Positions 1-44,900 of a DNA stretch of 64,000 bases are shown piece after piece. The notes under the pieces were generated by a model. It saw only the letters and a program-made list of their open reading frames with translations, was not told where the DNA came from and made no database searches. Position 1 is the first letter of the stretch; the number at the start of each line of letters is the position of its first letter. The stretch comes from Phoronis australis (lineage: Eukaryota; Animalia; Phoronida). The stretch lies in contig NMRA01000046.1 in NCBI GenBank assembly GCA_002633005.1, forward strand, positions 510,266 to 574,265, given 5' to 3'. The translations under genes were made by a program, and so were the position numbers.

Positions 1-190
1 GTTGCACATAGCATGATGAACAAATCCTATCAGTACCCTCAGATATGAGTGTAGTTGCGCATTGCATGATGAACAAATCCTATCAGTACCCTCAGGTATG
101 AGTGTAGTTGCACATGGCATAACAAACAAATCCTGTCAGTTCCCTCAGGTGTGATGTTCATTTGCACATAGTATGATGAACAGATCATCC
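1..190. repeat. 53-bp minisatellite, about 3.5 copies, cut by the window edge
   Basis: Unit GTTGCACATAGCATGATGAACAAATCCTATCAGTACCCTCAGATATGAGTGTA recurs at 1, 54, 107 and about 161. Confidence 0.9.
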
Positions 191-542
191 AGTTGGCTAT
201 GTGGATTGCATAGAACTTTTATTATTAAGTTATTTACTGGATAAGTTACGTTACTGTGTGAGCTCAAGTGCATTGTTCATCACCAGCAACATGTGTGTCA
301 TTCTTGTTATCGAGCATGTAAGTTTTTGTAGCAAGATTCAGGTTTATTAGTTGTACTTATTAAGACGAAAGTCTGATCAAATCTCCTCTTACATAAAGTG
401 TTGATGAGCACTGGGACATATTGGCCCATACAGTTGCAAGATTTGTTAGTCAAAAATAAATTGTTCGGAAAAAAAATAAATTAAACTTTATTGATTAAAC
501 ACTATGTTGTGTTAAATGGCTTTGGTAAAATGCGTAATGTAA

Positions 543-7134
<6,592 letters not shown>

Positions 7135-7438
7135 CTTTAGTTGCTGTTGCCATAGCGTTTTCAACTACAGCTTACCTATTTGTTTAGTTAATGTATTGAT
7201 GGTGTGTTATATGTCACTGCTCAGTTGTACATACATCTGTTTCAATAGACAAGACAATGTCTTTGTTTATTTTCAAGTAATTCAAGTCTAAGAATCATCC
7301 TTCTCGCCCAGTTTCTTCTCGCTTGCCATAATTATTATTTTTGCTTTATTTCATTATGGTCCCCTTGTGTATAAGGGGACAAGACGACTTTAGCTCAATC
7401 ACTTTCTTACTGTAACAGATTTGTCAAGTTCTGCCGTG

Positions 7439-7444
7439 AATAAA
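7439..7444 (+). terminator. Candidate polyadenylation signal of KAT8
   Basis: AATAAA about 305 nt after the KAT8 stop codon. Confidence 0.5.
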
Positions 7445-9698
7445 TGCACTGTAAACAGTGTCATGTAAGGTCTACTGGAAAATTGGGAAGGCAAGCATTT
7501 AATACATTTCTAAAAATTTCTATGTTGGTCACATAAATTGTATCACCAGTACGGCTGCACAATGCTCAGAATCATCACCTTGCATTATCTGGAGTTCTAA
7601 CGCACTTCAGGCATGCATGCAAACAAGTGAAACTATCCTTGGTATTCTATCAAAGAGTTAATGAGCCTTGTACATAAACATTTATTTGAAAATTTCATAT
7701 TCAAGGATGTATCAGACTCTTAAGAATGCTACGGCACGTTTTATATTTTACAAGAGTAATGTGAGTTTTGCAATACATGAACATGAGTGATGGTGAATGA
7801 CTGGTCTTCAGTTTCACATAGCTTCATACAAAGGCCGTTTTCAGCTCACAAACTACACTTCGTTAGATGGCCGGAATAGAAACAAGCGCACAGAAATGGG
7901 TACTGAAGTGAGCATGTGAATGCTGTTTGGTCGTCAAGACGACACAAAGTGCATAGAAATAAAAAATCTAGCCATCTACATAATAAAGCAATGTACATTC
8001 TTTAATGAGCAATTGAGAAACATTGTTTCATTAAAAGCATACTTTCCTTTTAAAGCTACAATTTGATAACTATTTTGGAAATATATTTGTATTTATCAAT
8101 GAAATTGTATAGTTAACTGGCTGCCATCCTGTGTCTGCAGTATGATAGGACAGTTGTTAGGTTCAAAAGTCAATGGTTTTACTGCAATGGCTGATGTTCA
8201 CTTGGATCTATGGTGACTATAGTATGTGAAGTGAAAACGGCCAAAACTGGCACTCTTCTGGTTGCCTCCTCTTTTGCCAGTAAAAGATGGTGAGTTGAGC
8301 ACATGATCTTGACTACCTTAAACAGTAACACGTGAATTTGCTTTGAGCATTACTCCAAGCACATCAATGTCAAACTTTCAAATGTAATGACTGTTGTGCT
8401 CATTGACATAAACTGGTCCATATAACAGAGAACCCTTATCTAGTGTTCTATTCAAGCCCCTTTTCTGTGTCCTCGCGGTGAAGCAACACGGCAAGAAAAA
8501 ACTGCTTCTCTTACAAACCTACATTTGAATGATGTTTTCTAAATGTAACAAAAATCTTTTTAAAAAAGTAATGTAGACAAAACCAAGGGCATCAATTAAT
8601 TTTGGATACAAGTAGACTTGACCTAACCATGTATCTCTATTACAACCTTGTTGAGTGCACAACTCTTGACTGAACTTTAAATACACAAGAAATGGATCAA
8701 AAAGCTTATTTTGGCTAAGACATGAGGGTCTTGTTTGAATGCTTAGAAAAATGGCAAAGCAGGAGAGTCCTAGACCAGCCTATGTCTAAAGACATAACAG
8801 GAGAGTCCTACACCAGCCAATGTCTGAAGACAAAATGTGTGATAGTGAGTGATGAACAAATAACAAATTCATGACATTTGAAAATAAAACATACACTCTA
8901 CATTTATGACAGCAATGTTTGAAAAATCTCTTTTTCAATGGCACCAACATAATACGTCATAATAGAAGTGCAAGCATCAACCACACTCTTTGGTTCAAAT
9001 TCAACTTGAATGCACCAAGTGTTTTTAGAAATGATTAATGCTTTTATGATAACATACAGACAGTGGAATTTGACATAAATCTATAAATTTCGTACTGTTG
9101 ATGAAAATGAAATAAGATTCTTTACCTAGAAACATAATTGTAGCGCTACAAAACATTAGTGCAGAAACAAGCGAGAAGTCAAAGGTTTATACACTACATG
9201 GGTGACATGCCTAGCAGTCTATTCCAAAAATAGGGTAGAAGTGGCCAAATCTGCCTTGTCAACATCAGAAAAAGCCTAGTATCAAATTTACGAAAAGATA
9301 ATTCCTGACCTATACACAGACTTGATAGGATTAGCTGTTTGTAGAATAGATGATCAGTACAGATGAAACAGTGATGATTACTGGTTAGTAATTCAGATGC
9401 ACATGTTCAATAAAATATGATGTAAGTGGAATAAAATTTCAAAATAATTGTGACCTGTGCAAGAATCTCCATCTAAAACAAATGCAAGTAAACACTTCAA
9501 CAAATTTCTCATGAGCGTTACTTTTTCAGTCTCGGTAAAAGCAGGAATATTCAAAAACGCATTCCAACTCCAGGGATTCAGTGGACTCGGCTCTTTTCAC
9601 TTGACAATGCCGTAACACGTACACATCTACAATCCAGTGCTTTATTCTAATCATGGCCACACACACACACTGGTAAACTCCTCCTAATCACATGGCCA

Positions 9699-35074
<25,376 letters not shown>

Positions 35075-35920
35075 AATGTTTTCTTGACGCTTTCCAGTCA
35101 CTTATTACACTAATCTGTACGACTACCCCGACGCACTGTTCTGCGTCAAAACAGTGCCTTCGCTGTGCACCAGTTACGCACACACACACTCACACACACA
35201 CACAGTTGACAGAGACTAAATCCACTGCAACTGAAGTGAGCAGTCAACCAAAACTTCTAAGTGGCACGCACAGAACCATGTCGGCAGCAAAAAGTCACAG
35301 CATTATTCCAAAAGATTTAGATTTGCAAAACAATACAAATACACCAATACTCGAGATATCGATTAACGATGTCATGCCTTGAAAACTAGTGATAAGCAAC
35401 TCAACAGTCTTGATTTCTCCATTATGGCTGTCTTCCTGGTGCAAGGATACAAAAGTTCAAACATAATGTTTTAAAGAAAATAGTACCCATAAGTGCACAG
35501 AGGTTTTTAATTTTGTTTAGCATTTCTAGCACTTTTGTACTTTCGTCATCCATTGAACGTGTGCATTACACGCATTAAATTACATTTTCTGGGTCTTTTA
35601 AGGGTAAAGAGTATATTTCAGTGATTTCGTTTTTTAGAAGTCTTTCGTGGTGATTCGGCTGAAATCTACGAACGTAATCTCTTTTAGCCAGTGAACACTT
35701 TCGTTTGTACATTTTTAGTTAGTTAAAATGATGTGTTTGAGTGCAAACGTGGTAAAAGTTATGGGCAGCGAGAACGCATGAAAGGCGAATTACACCCGAA
35801 CAGTACCTCGAGTTGCAAAGGTCACTCACGAAATTGCGTGGTTATGTGTTGACGTCACAAGGGGATTTCCAAAGCATGGAAAACACCGGGGACGTTATTC
35901 ACCCATTTGCTTCTATTAAA
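35075..35920. promoter_or_regulatory. Shared bidirectional promoter region of PTEN and ATAD1, with CRE and kB-like motifs
   Basis: Divergent ATGs 846 bp apart. TGACGTCA at 35850-35857, GGGGATTTCC at 35861-35870, and a (CA)n tract at about 35179-35203. Confidence 0.7.
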
Positions 35921-38900
35921 ATGGGTTTTAAGGATATTCTAAGCTATCTTAGCGCTGGAGCCCATGCTGCCACTTATAATCGCGTGTCTCAGAAGCTTCC
36001 TCAAGACATGGAAGTTTTGGAATCGTCTCAAATTAGGAGAAGTGACATTGTGACCAAACTGCTTGCGACATTGGCCACTCTTGCCGTGTCGGGTACCCTC
36101 ACATTCTTCATAATGAAATGGCTGATGAAACATTTGGATCCAACTAACAAAGACAAGGAAGAACAACAGAGAAGAGTAAGCGTGTTTTGATAGGTTTCAG
36201 GGAGACTTGAAAATGTTACACAAATCTTTCTCGTAAGATGAGAAACCATGAATCTCGAACTGTTGGCAGTTAGAGGTGAGGGGCTACAGGCTGCACAGGC
36301 ACTGACCTAAACCTAAACTCCTTAGTACTAGTAGTGCTTTACATATTTACAAATCAAGCTAAACCTAATTAACCCTCATCTCGACTAGTTGGCAAGGTTA
36401 TCCACCAATCGCCTTTCCCATGGCACAGGGTTGGTGATTCTCATTTGGGTAACTTGCCAACAGTTAGGCAATTACATCGGCCTTCGTGCCCGGAGGGTCG
36501 CGTTGCCTAGCCAACGGTCTGAAGTACAGGTGTATAACTGACAATCAGGTTTGAGTGAAAATATACTGTAAATCCCGAAATTGCCACAAATATTTCAGTA
36601 GACTTGGGTCTTTTTAACGTTCTTTCATAAACGTTTGTTGCTTGCCATGCTTTCTTATGCCAGCGACTCGTCAGCTGACCTACACAAATTGCCGATAACT
36701 TATGAAAAAAGAACACTGAAAAGATGATATTTTTGTACTCAATCTATTGTCATCAGGTAACAGTGTTTCCTTACATATTGTTTTTTAATTATATTGTATT
36801 TTATGAATCAAAAAGTGAATCAGCATGAGTATTGATGTTACAGGGTGATCGTCCACCTTTGGCGACTATAGACAATGTATTGATAACGCTAACACCTCAG
36901 GTGGCAGTCCAAGTCTGTAAAGCTGAGAATAAGAATGAAGGTTGCAGCTGAGAAAGTTTAGTTGCAGTGTATTCTCTCAAGTTAGACTCAAGTTCTGTTG
37001 TAAGACATTTTCGATGACAATACCAAAAGTAGACAATGTTGTTAATTTATAGTTATTACTTCAAAGTTCAAAGTAGTTAGCATGCAAATGATATAAATAC
37101 ACCATAGAAAGACTTTGTATACAAAGTAAGAAGATACTTTAGTATTAATTACAAAAAACTTTTCTTGATGGGATTGGTATGGCCAAAAACTAGACAGTAA
37201 AGTTTATTTGAATGTGATTTTAGCCATCGACTTTCAGTTTCACTTTTATGTGATGCTCATTCATGGCTGCAAAGTGGTTTTACTCAAAGCACAGACAATG
37301 CTGTAATACGTCTACTGTGTAGGGTTGAAGGCGAAAGAGTCTTGTGGTCATTTTATGATTTAGGGTGAATTACTTTTATCATAGATTATATACGCTGTAA
37401 AGGTGACTTTCCCTTTCCATGTATTCACCTTTTATTTGTATACTGCTTATGGTACTGCTATTAAGTACAACCAACTTATTCCTTACTGACTATAAGAAAC
37501 AATGTCTGGACTAGGAAAGAGCTAAATGGGTTGTTTGAGGCCCTGGACACATACATTCATACAGGGCCATAGGAAGGTGGGGGGCACGGGCCCCCCAAAA
37601 CTTTTCAGGCGTCAGAAGTTAAACCGTGGCAACCGACATAGGTGTGGGGCAGGGAACAGTCGAGAAAAGAAAGACTGCAAAACACGGATAAGAGAGAAAA
37701 TTCTAAGAGAACATTAACAACTGTGCATCTGAATACATGGTTTACCTTTTGAGGACCCTGGCCAGGACTTTGCCGTTAGGGTCTCCGCTTTTGCAGCACA
37801 GGTCGTCTAAAGGCACTTAAAAACGGGCACGAATTCAGACATATATTTCGAAAAATCTAGAAAATTTGTAATGCAGATTTTGCGGAGCGTACTAATTTAC
37901 TAGATTTTTAAATTCAAGAAGTCAATTTTGCGAATGCAAAACTGTATTTTTCCAAATGTCTTTCTCTGACAAGGGATAACGGAGACAACTTTCACTTAAT
38001 TTTTTTCTTGAAACTGTATAATCTTAAGAGAAATTGATGACCTGACAGATAACGTCAATTGCAGCAGATTTCCTGATATTTGAAAGTATATTTTTTCATA
38101 TTTAGGGGCCCCAACCTTGAAGGAGGCCATTGATGACATTCAAGTGGTTACAATTTTTGTTTTTTATTGACAAATTCTGAAGGGACAGCTCACAGAGAGA
38201 GGGCCCAATGTTGGAATAGATTACCTCTACTTTCCAGTTTTTTTGTGAAATCGTGCAATCAGCTTTTATGTTGAAGGCGGTCATTCCCTGCATTGTTTTG
38301 GGACCACACGACGGTGGAATGCACTGTCACTCTTTTTTCCAAGCTTAATGATGTTTAGCCTTTCATCTTAAGGTGTCCCATTTCAGACGGTACCCTCTCT
38401 CGGTGGAGCAGCTTGGGGGTAATATAACTTTGTCCCTTGTCTATACATGTAAATCCGACACTGCCAAGTATTCTCGATGGAAGTTGAGACTCCAAATTCA
38501 TCAAAAGAAACGCAAAACATTTGTGCACAGCCATCGACCCAAGCAATCAAAAATGTGAAAAAATACAGTAGGAATGCTGCCATCGAAAGGGTGGAATTTT
38601 GAAGAACGTGAAGACCACTATTTGTGAATTACACAAAATAACTATTTATGATAGTTAGTCATGAAATAATGTTACTGTTTCCCGTAGTATCACAGGAATA
38701 GTATCTCTTTTGAAGATGGTTACTATGCGTTATTTGCAAGGAATTCCCACATGTGGAAAACACTGCTGTCTAGGCTACAATTCGTGATGATCGTGTACAT
38801 GTCAAAGAACTCTCAGAATCATAAACAAAGATTTCAGCGGGTTTTTTTTTGTCAGTGGAGTTCAAGTTTACCTCGTGATTCGTTATAGGTACCTCTGAAA

Positions 38901-41900
38901 TAAGCAAAAATACACCTTAATACGAATGCCCCATCTCCCATATTCCCCAGTCTGCAAGCATGCATGAGGAAATTGCTTATACCATTCTGTTTTGATAAAC
39001 AAATTTGTTGGTTTTTGATTTACTTGTTTATGTATCTACGAAAATCGATAGATTCATAGATGATTTTTGATAATAAGAAGCTAATCTTGTAAGAATTGAT
39101 GATGTTTCAGTGAATTAAACTGCAGCCTGAAGTTGGAAAAACTCAGTAAGCTGATCCAAAAATAGTAAAGTACACTTACAGACGATTTTTGCATATCTAA
39201 AATAACTCTCAAAGACATTGATGAAATCCGGACTCACAAACCATAGATAGAAAACGTTTTAAAAATCCTTAAATAAATAAAATTAAACTCATTGCTTGGG
39301 AAGGTTGTCTTTGCCCTTCCTTGGTGTTTTTTTTTGTTTCTAGTAGTATTGAGCAATGAATTTTTGTTCTTCAAAACTGAATTGATTGCTTGTCCTTATT
39401 CACATGCACGTCATGACTGACGTACCCACGTTAAAAATAAGATGTAACCATGCAGTTGTCCTGCGCCGAATCTCAGTGATTCACGAGAATTGAATTTGTA
39501 CTCTAGACATTCAGGAAGTGTGTACATTTCTGCTACACACTATCTTTTTCCCCAACCACCAGAAACTGGACTAGCAGTCATGTTTCAACCAGGCATTTTG
39601 AAACAGTCCCAAAGACTCTGTACCAGGGACTTCAGGACCTCACCTTTTCAAAAAAACTCCTTCAAAGAATGACCATAATAAAACAAAGTTTTCCCGAAAG
39701 TGGATCACAATAAAACAAATCTTGACCTTAGAGCGAGCGCAGACAACCGGTTCAAGCTGCCTGTCTCAAGTGAATCACAGCTCAGCTGACCAGCGACTAG
39801 CTTTAGTTGAGAATTTGATATTTTCACACTGTTAGATCTCAGCTGTAGCTACTTGAGGCAGCTCCTTGCTACCGGTCAGTGTACTGGTCCTAGGAACATT
39901 ATTACTGTCCGTTTTAGTTCACGGTTACTCAACTCTTGATGGCTTCATCCCCGGGACTGTCCCAGGGGCGGATTCAGGATTTTAAGTTGGGGGGGGCAGG
40001 GCAGAGTATTAGCCAGGGTATTTTCTGTTAGAAAGTCGCACCTCCGAACTGCCAAATGGAATCTGGGAGAATTTTAGGGGGGCTATGGCCCTTTCGGGCT
40101 ATCTCTAAATCCGCCACTGTGCCCCCACCTAGTAGGGCAGACGTGGGAGATTCAGTACAAATATGGTGGCATCGGGAGTAAGTGGGCGAGGGGGGGGGGT
40201 GGAGGTGGTGGTGATGGGGGGGGGGTTGTTTGGGGAACTCAAAATGGTTTGTGCTTATAATTTTTGCCTTCCTACGGGCCTGTAATCATCAACATAGTAT
40301 TAGACTGGCTATGACTTCTAATCAGGGTAAAAGAGAATTTGAGACCAGTTTTACAAGTATTCTAAATCAGAATGTAGTTTTGTCAGAAGGAAGGTCTATA
40401 AAGGCAGTTTTATGTTATAATGGCGCTCAGCATGAGAATGTGATGTACATATGGTACCGTATGAATAAAACATATTCTTAAATGTACGGTACGACTAGTA
40501 TGTGTTTAAATCTCTTAAAATGATGTTAATATTGCAGGCAGAGAAGCTGCTCAAAGTAATTGGTGTTAATGATTCAAAGCTGAAGGTGAGTGATGAATAA
40601 ACTGATGTTGAATTTTAATATCAGGTTTCTGATTAGAGAAGTAGATAAACTCTCAAAGGCAAATTTCGATTGGTTGACAATTTTCTAGCAATACCAATGG
40701 CGGGTCTCTTGCCTTATTTTTGCTCATTGGACTTTTTGTGCACATTCTTCAGAGCCTACCTTATTTCCATGGCGATTATTGAAATAGAAATTGTTTAATT
40801 TTTCACTAAGTATGCAACCATGCAACATTAGCTTGGTATGCAAGTCGGCTTTTGAAATACAACATCGAAACTATTGTCAAAAGTTCCTTCTTTATAATTG
40901 GCAATTGGCCTACCATGTAATGTCAATAGTAATCTTTCTTTGTATAGTAATAGGTAAAGTCTAAAAAGGCCAAGATGCAGCTTGAAGCCTAGGATTTTGT
41001 TGCAATTTTACTAGCCGTATTGAACATTCCAGGACTTTGAACCTATCACTTCATTCGACATATTTTTTTTTTTTTAGTTGTGGTACAGTTTCATAAATTT
41101 TCTTTGTAAAGTTCAATTGTTTTCTTCTTTTAGTTGAGTGAGTATGAACTTTGTGTTGCTGCCAACATAGTGGATCCACTCAGCTTTACATTAGACTGGT
41201 CTGACATCGGTGGTTTGGATGATATAGCTAAGGAACTGCAACAGACTGTGATTCTGCCATTTCAACGACAAAGTCTTTTCGAATCGTCAAAATTGTTACG
41301 TGCACCAAAAGGTAAATCAGATTATGAAAATTATTCTTTAAAATTATTGGTGCAGGCATGATTATAGTGTCCATCAGTTTTAAAACTATTGAACACTACA
41401 TTGTCCAGTTAAAAATAAGACAGAAATTCATCCACGCACTCAATAAATTCGGTTGTTGCATATTATATCAAAAGCATTGTTCAACAAAGAGAATGTTAAG
41501 TGTCAGTTTTGACATTCAGTGGACAACATACAGCTAGTTAAAGTTATATTGAGTGCTAGGTGGGTCAAGAATGGTCTTCAAAGTAAGAAATAAAAATAAA
41601 GTGATGAATGAAGTGGAAACCATGACTAACGCATCATTGCTTGAGACCAAACTCAACAAGTTGGCTTGTCATGCTGGGTTATTTATGCTGTGAACACGGT
41701 GTCGTGTAATGTAAGGAACTGTCAGTTTGTCCAACCCTTGAAATCACTTCCCATCTGCTTTAGGAAGAAACTCAGAGGTCATGTTTTAGCTTTTTAGCAT
41801 TTTAATGCTAAAAAGTGGTCAAATTCAAAAGCTAGTTTCTTTGATGGATGGTGATAAAACCTCTTTAAAAGTTAATGTTTGCCAGCTACTAGATGTAATT

Positions 41901-44900
41901 TCTGGATGTGGTGTTGTCATACGGTCGCTACGTTCATTCTTTCTTCACAAATCTGTAAAGTATAACTTTTGATTTAAAACACTTGCAGTAGCTTTGAAAC
42001 TGTTATCAACTTGTTCCTAACCTGAGGTGATATCCTGGCTTTGAAGCTTTGAAAGAACTTGCAGCTAATTGCCGTTATACACCACTCCCCCCCACCNNNN
42101 NNNNNNNNNNNNNNNNNNNNNNNNNNNNNNNNNNNNNNNNNNNNNNNNNNNNNCCCCCCCCCCCCCCCCGCACTGGAATGAGTATCCCGATTCACAGATT
42201 GGCCAGTTGCCAGCACAGTGGCAAACCAATGTTTACATAATCAAACTATCTTATTATCTGCTTTCATCTGATGCTCATGTAATCCAGCAGTTATGTTTTA
42301 AATAGCGTGCCTGATGCTAACCAATATTTAAAATTACATTTGCAAACGACTTTCAGCAAACGTCTTGAAGCAGATGTTTTTTGTATGACATACTTTCCCA
42401 AAAAAACTTCGAATGGAGAAAAATGGTAGACTTTCAGAAAAATTAGACTTAACCGTCACCTGTTGATTCCTTTGTGTGACTGTAAGCTCTGACCAACTTA
42501 ACCACAGTATTGTGTACCAACACAAAAGGCCTGCTTGCCAAGTTTGATTGTTCGTGATCCTAGGTTAGATCATGATAGAGGAAATTTCTTGATTTTTACA
42601 CGTTAGGAGAATGGTAATGCTGGAGACCAAGCGCTACAGCTTGGCTTGTCGTGGCGTGTTATCTCATTCGTCGATCATGGTCTCGAGCATTTACAAACTG
42701 TCAGTTCTTTACGGGCCCTGACACTATTTCTTGTCTGAGTTAGTAACAAATTGAAACTAAATTTCTAGCTGTAATTCATCTAAATCAAAGGTTAGTTTCT
42801 TTCACAGAATTTGACTGTGTAGCAGCCTTGAGAATATTGTGACTTGGTATTTAAGACTGGTGATTGAAAATGTGCTTTTCGTTTGATAATAATGCGCAAA
42901 TTGTAAAAGCTAGACTACAGAGGCTGAAATTTTGTGGGTGAAATATGTGTGCCATGTTGATCCTTGTACAAGCATGGCCTGCAGTTCGTTGAGTGGCTTT
43001 CGTAATGGACCTACAAACTTGTGGAAAAAGGCAAATTTTGATGGAACATGTCCTGATTAAGATCTCTACACCTAAACCAACTCTAATGTCACCAATTCTG
43101 GACAAATACAGTTAAAAAAGACTCTTTTTTCAATTCCCAATGCCTTCTAATTATTATTTTGATTACTGGCCATTTTCCAAATGTTGTCAGATTTCAGCTA
43201 TGGTACAGAACTAGTCCATTAATTTTGTATACATATCTTTAATGGAATATGAGAAAATAAAATTTCACTTATTCACCAACTTGTGTCCTTATAAAATTTT
43301 GATATATTCCAAAATATTTCTATGAATGTTAATTATCTTTTCGGACTGTTTTTATGATGTGCTCCATTGACTTTTTATGAAGTTAATAACTATTTTGAAG
43401 GTGTTCTCTTATATGGACCACCAGGATGTGGAAAGACGATGTTGGCTAAAGCAACAGCAAAGGCTGCTGGTCAGTTTTCTTCTTAACGTTGTATTAATAT
43501 TACGTTAACTTTATAGTAATCACTAAACTGTCTTTGTCATTCTACAAAGTCCAGAGTATTTACAGAGATATGAAACAAAACCTTTTAACTGGCTGAAATT
43601 TCCCTTGTTTTTTGTTTTGTGTATGATTCATATTTTTGTCGTCTTCTGGGTATTTTGAAAGTTTGACTTTCTATTTTCCCAGATGTTGTGATACTTTATC
43701 TTGTGTTACCTCTGTCTAGGTGCAAGGTTTATCAATCTACAGATTTCATCTCTGGTAGACAAGTGGTATGGCGAATCACAGAAGAGGGCAGAAGCAGTTT
43801 TCTCATTGGTAAGAATTAGTATGTTATGTTTCTGTTGTGTCAGCCAGTTGTTACTGTTCACTGTTGTATGTTACAGTCCAGGAGTATATCTTCCAATAAT
43901 CATGCCATAAACTAGCTTATGAAAGTCATTAAGTTTTGTGAAAGTATGGTCAAATTTTTTATTTGGCAGTATTTTGATTCGTTATAAAAACAATGTCCGT
44001 CTCAGTCATGGACACACAGTAACATCTCAGCTATAATCAAATGTATACGATGTCTTAAACAAAACAAACTCCCGTTATCGAGCCTTTGTAAACCATTTCG
44101 TTATGTTGGTACTCAGTTGCGAGCTGGTCAGAAATTGATAGTTTGCCTTAATGTTTTTGTGGCAAAACGATGAATGTATACTGATTAAAGTCTTGTATTG
44201 CTGCTCATAACGTTTATGAAAGAACTATTAGTAATAAACATCTGTTGAAAGCAATGAGGAAATTACTTGACATTAAGTTTAGAGAAATAATAATTCTGTA
44301 TATGGAATTTAAATTCATTGTTTTAATATATTATGTTTTTTTGTTTCATTATAAACACACATGCTGAAATGGTCTATTTAATTTTGGCTTCAAAGCTACA
44401 ACTCACTATCATCTTAATTCAATTTTTAGTGAATGTTATCTAGAGTCTTAATAAATGACCTCAACTCTAAGTCATGTAACTATCTAAAAACTGTTCTTTG
44501 TCAGCCATTAAAGGTATGTATTTTCTGAAAGGAGAAAGATCGAGTATTCTAAAATATGCTTCTGTAACTGTTTCCTTATCATTGTCACGTGACCACGTTT
44601 TTAAGTCAAATTTTCATGTGCATGAAAGGTACATTAATTGCAAAATAGCCCCCTAGCCGATTTTACTAAAAGTTCAATTTCTTAAATGAATACTTGCATT
44701 GTGTCTCAAAAATACCGGTAGGATTTTGCTTTAAAATGTCTGGTTTTCGCATACCGAGCTCTGTTTTTTTACAAAAATACCTTGCGTTTTGCTAGTTGAA
44801 ATGCCTAGTTTTTGTGTACCGAGCACTCTTTTTTTGCAAAAATGCCTTGTGTTTTGTCATTTAATAAATTCCTAACCACATTTTTGAGACATAACGTAAA

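Noticed and set aside
35075-35110. PTEN-L-like N-terminal extension from an upstream non-AUG start
   Set aside because: An in-frame TAA lies 10 codons upstream of the ATG in contiguous sequence.
42085-42170. C-tract complementary to the G-rich tract at about 40185-40235 (G-quadruplex or long-range pairing)
   Set aside because: Low complexity and interrupted by an assembly gap (N 42097-42153), so it cannot be evaluated.
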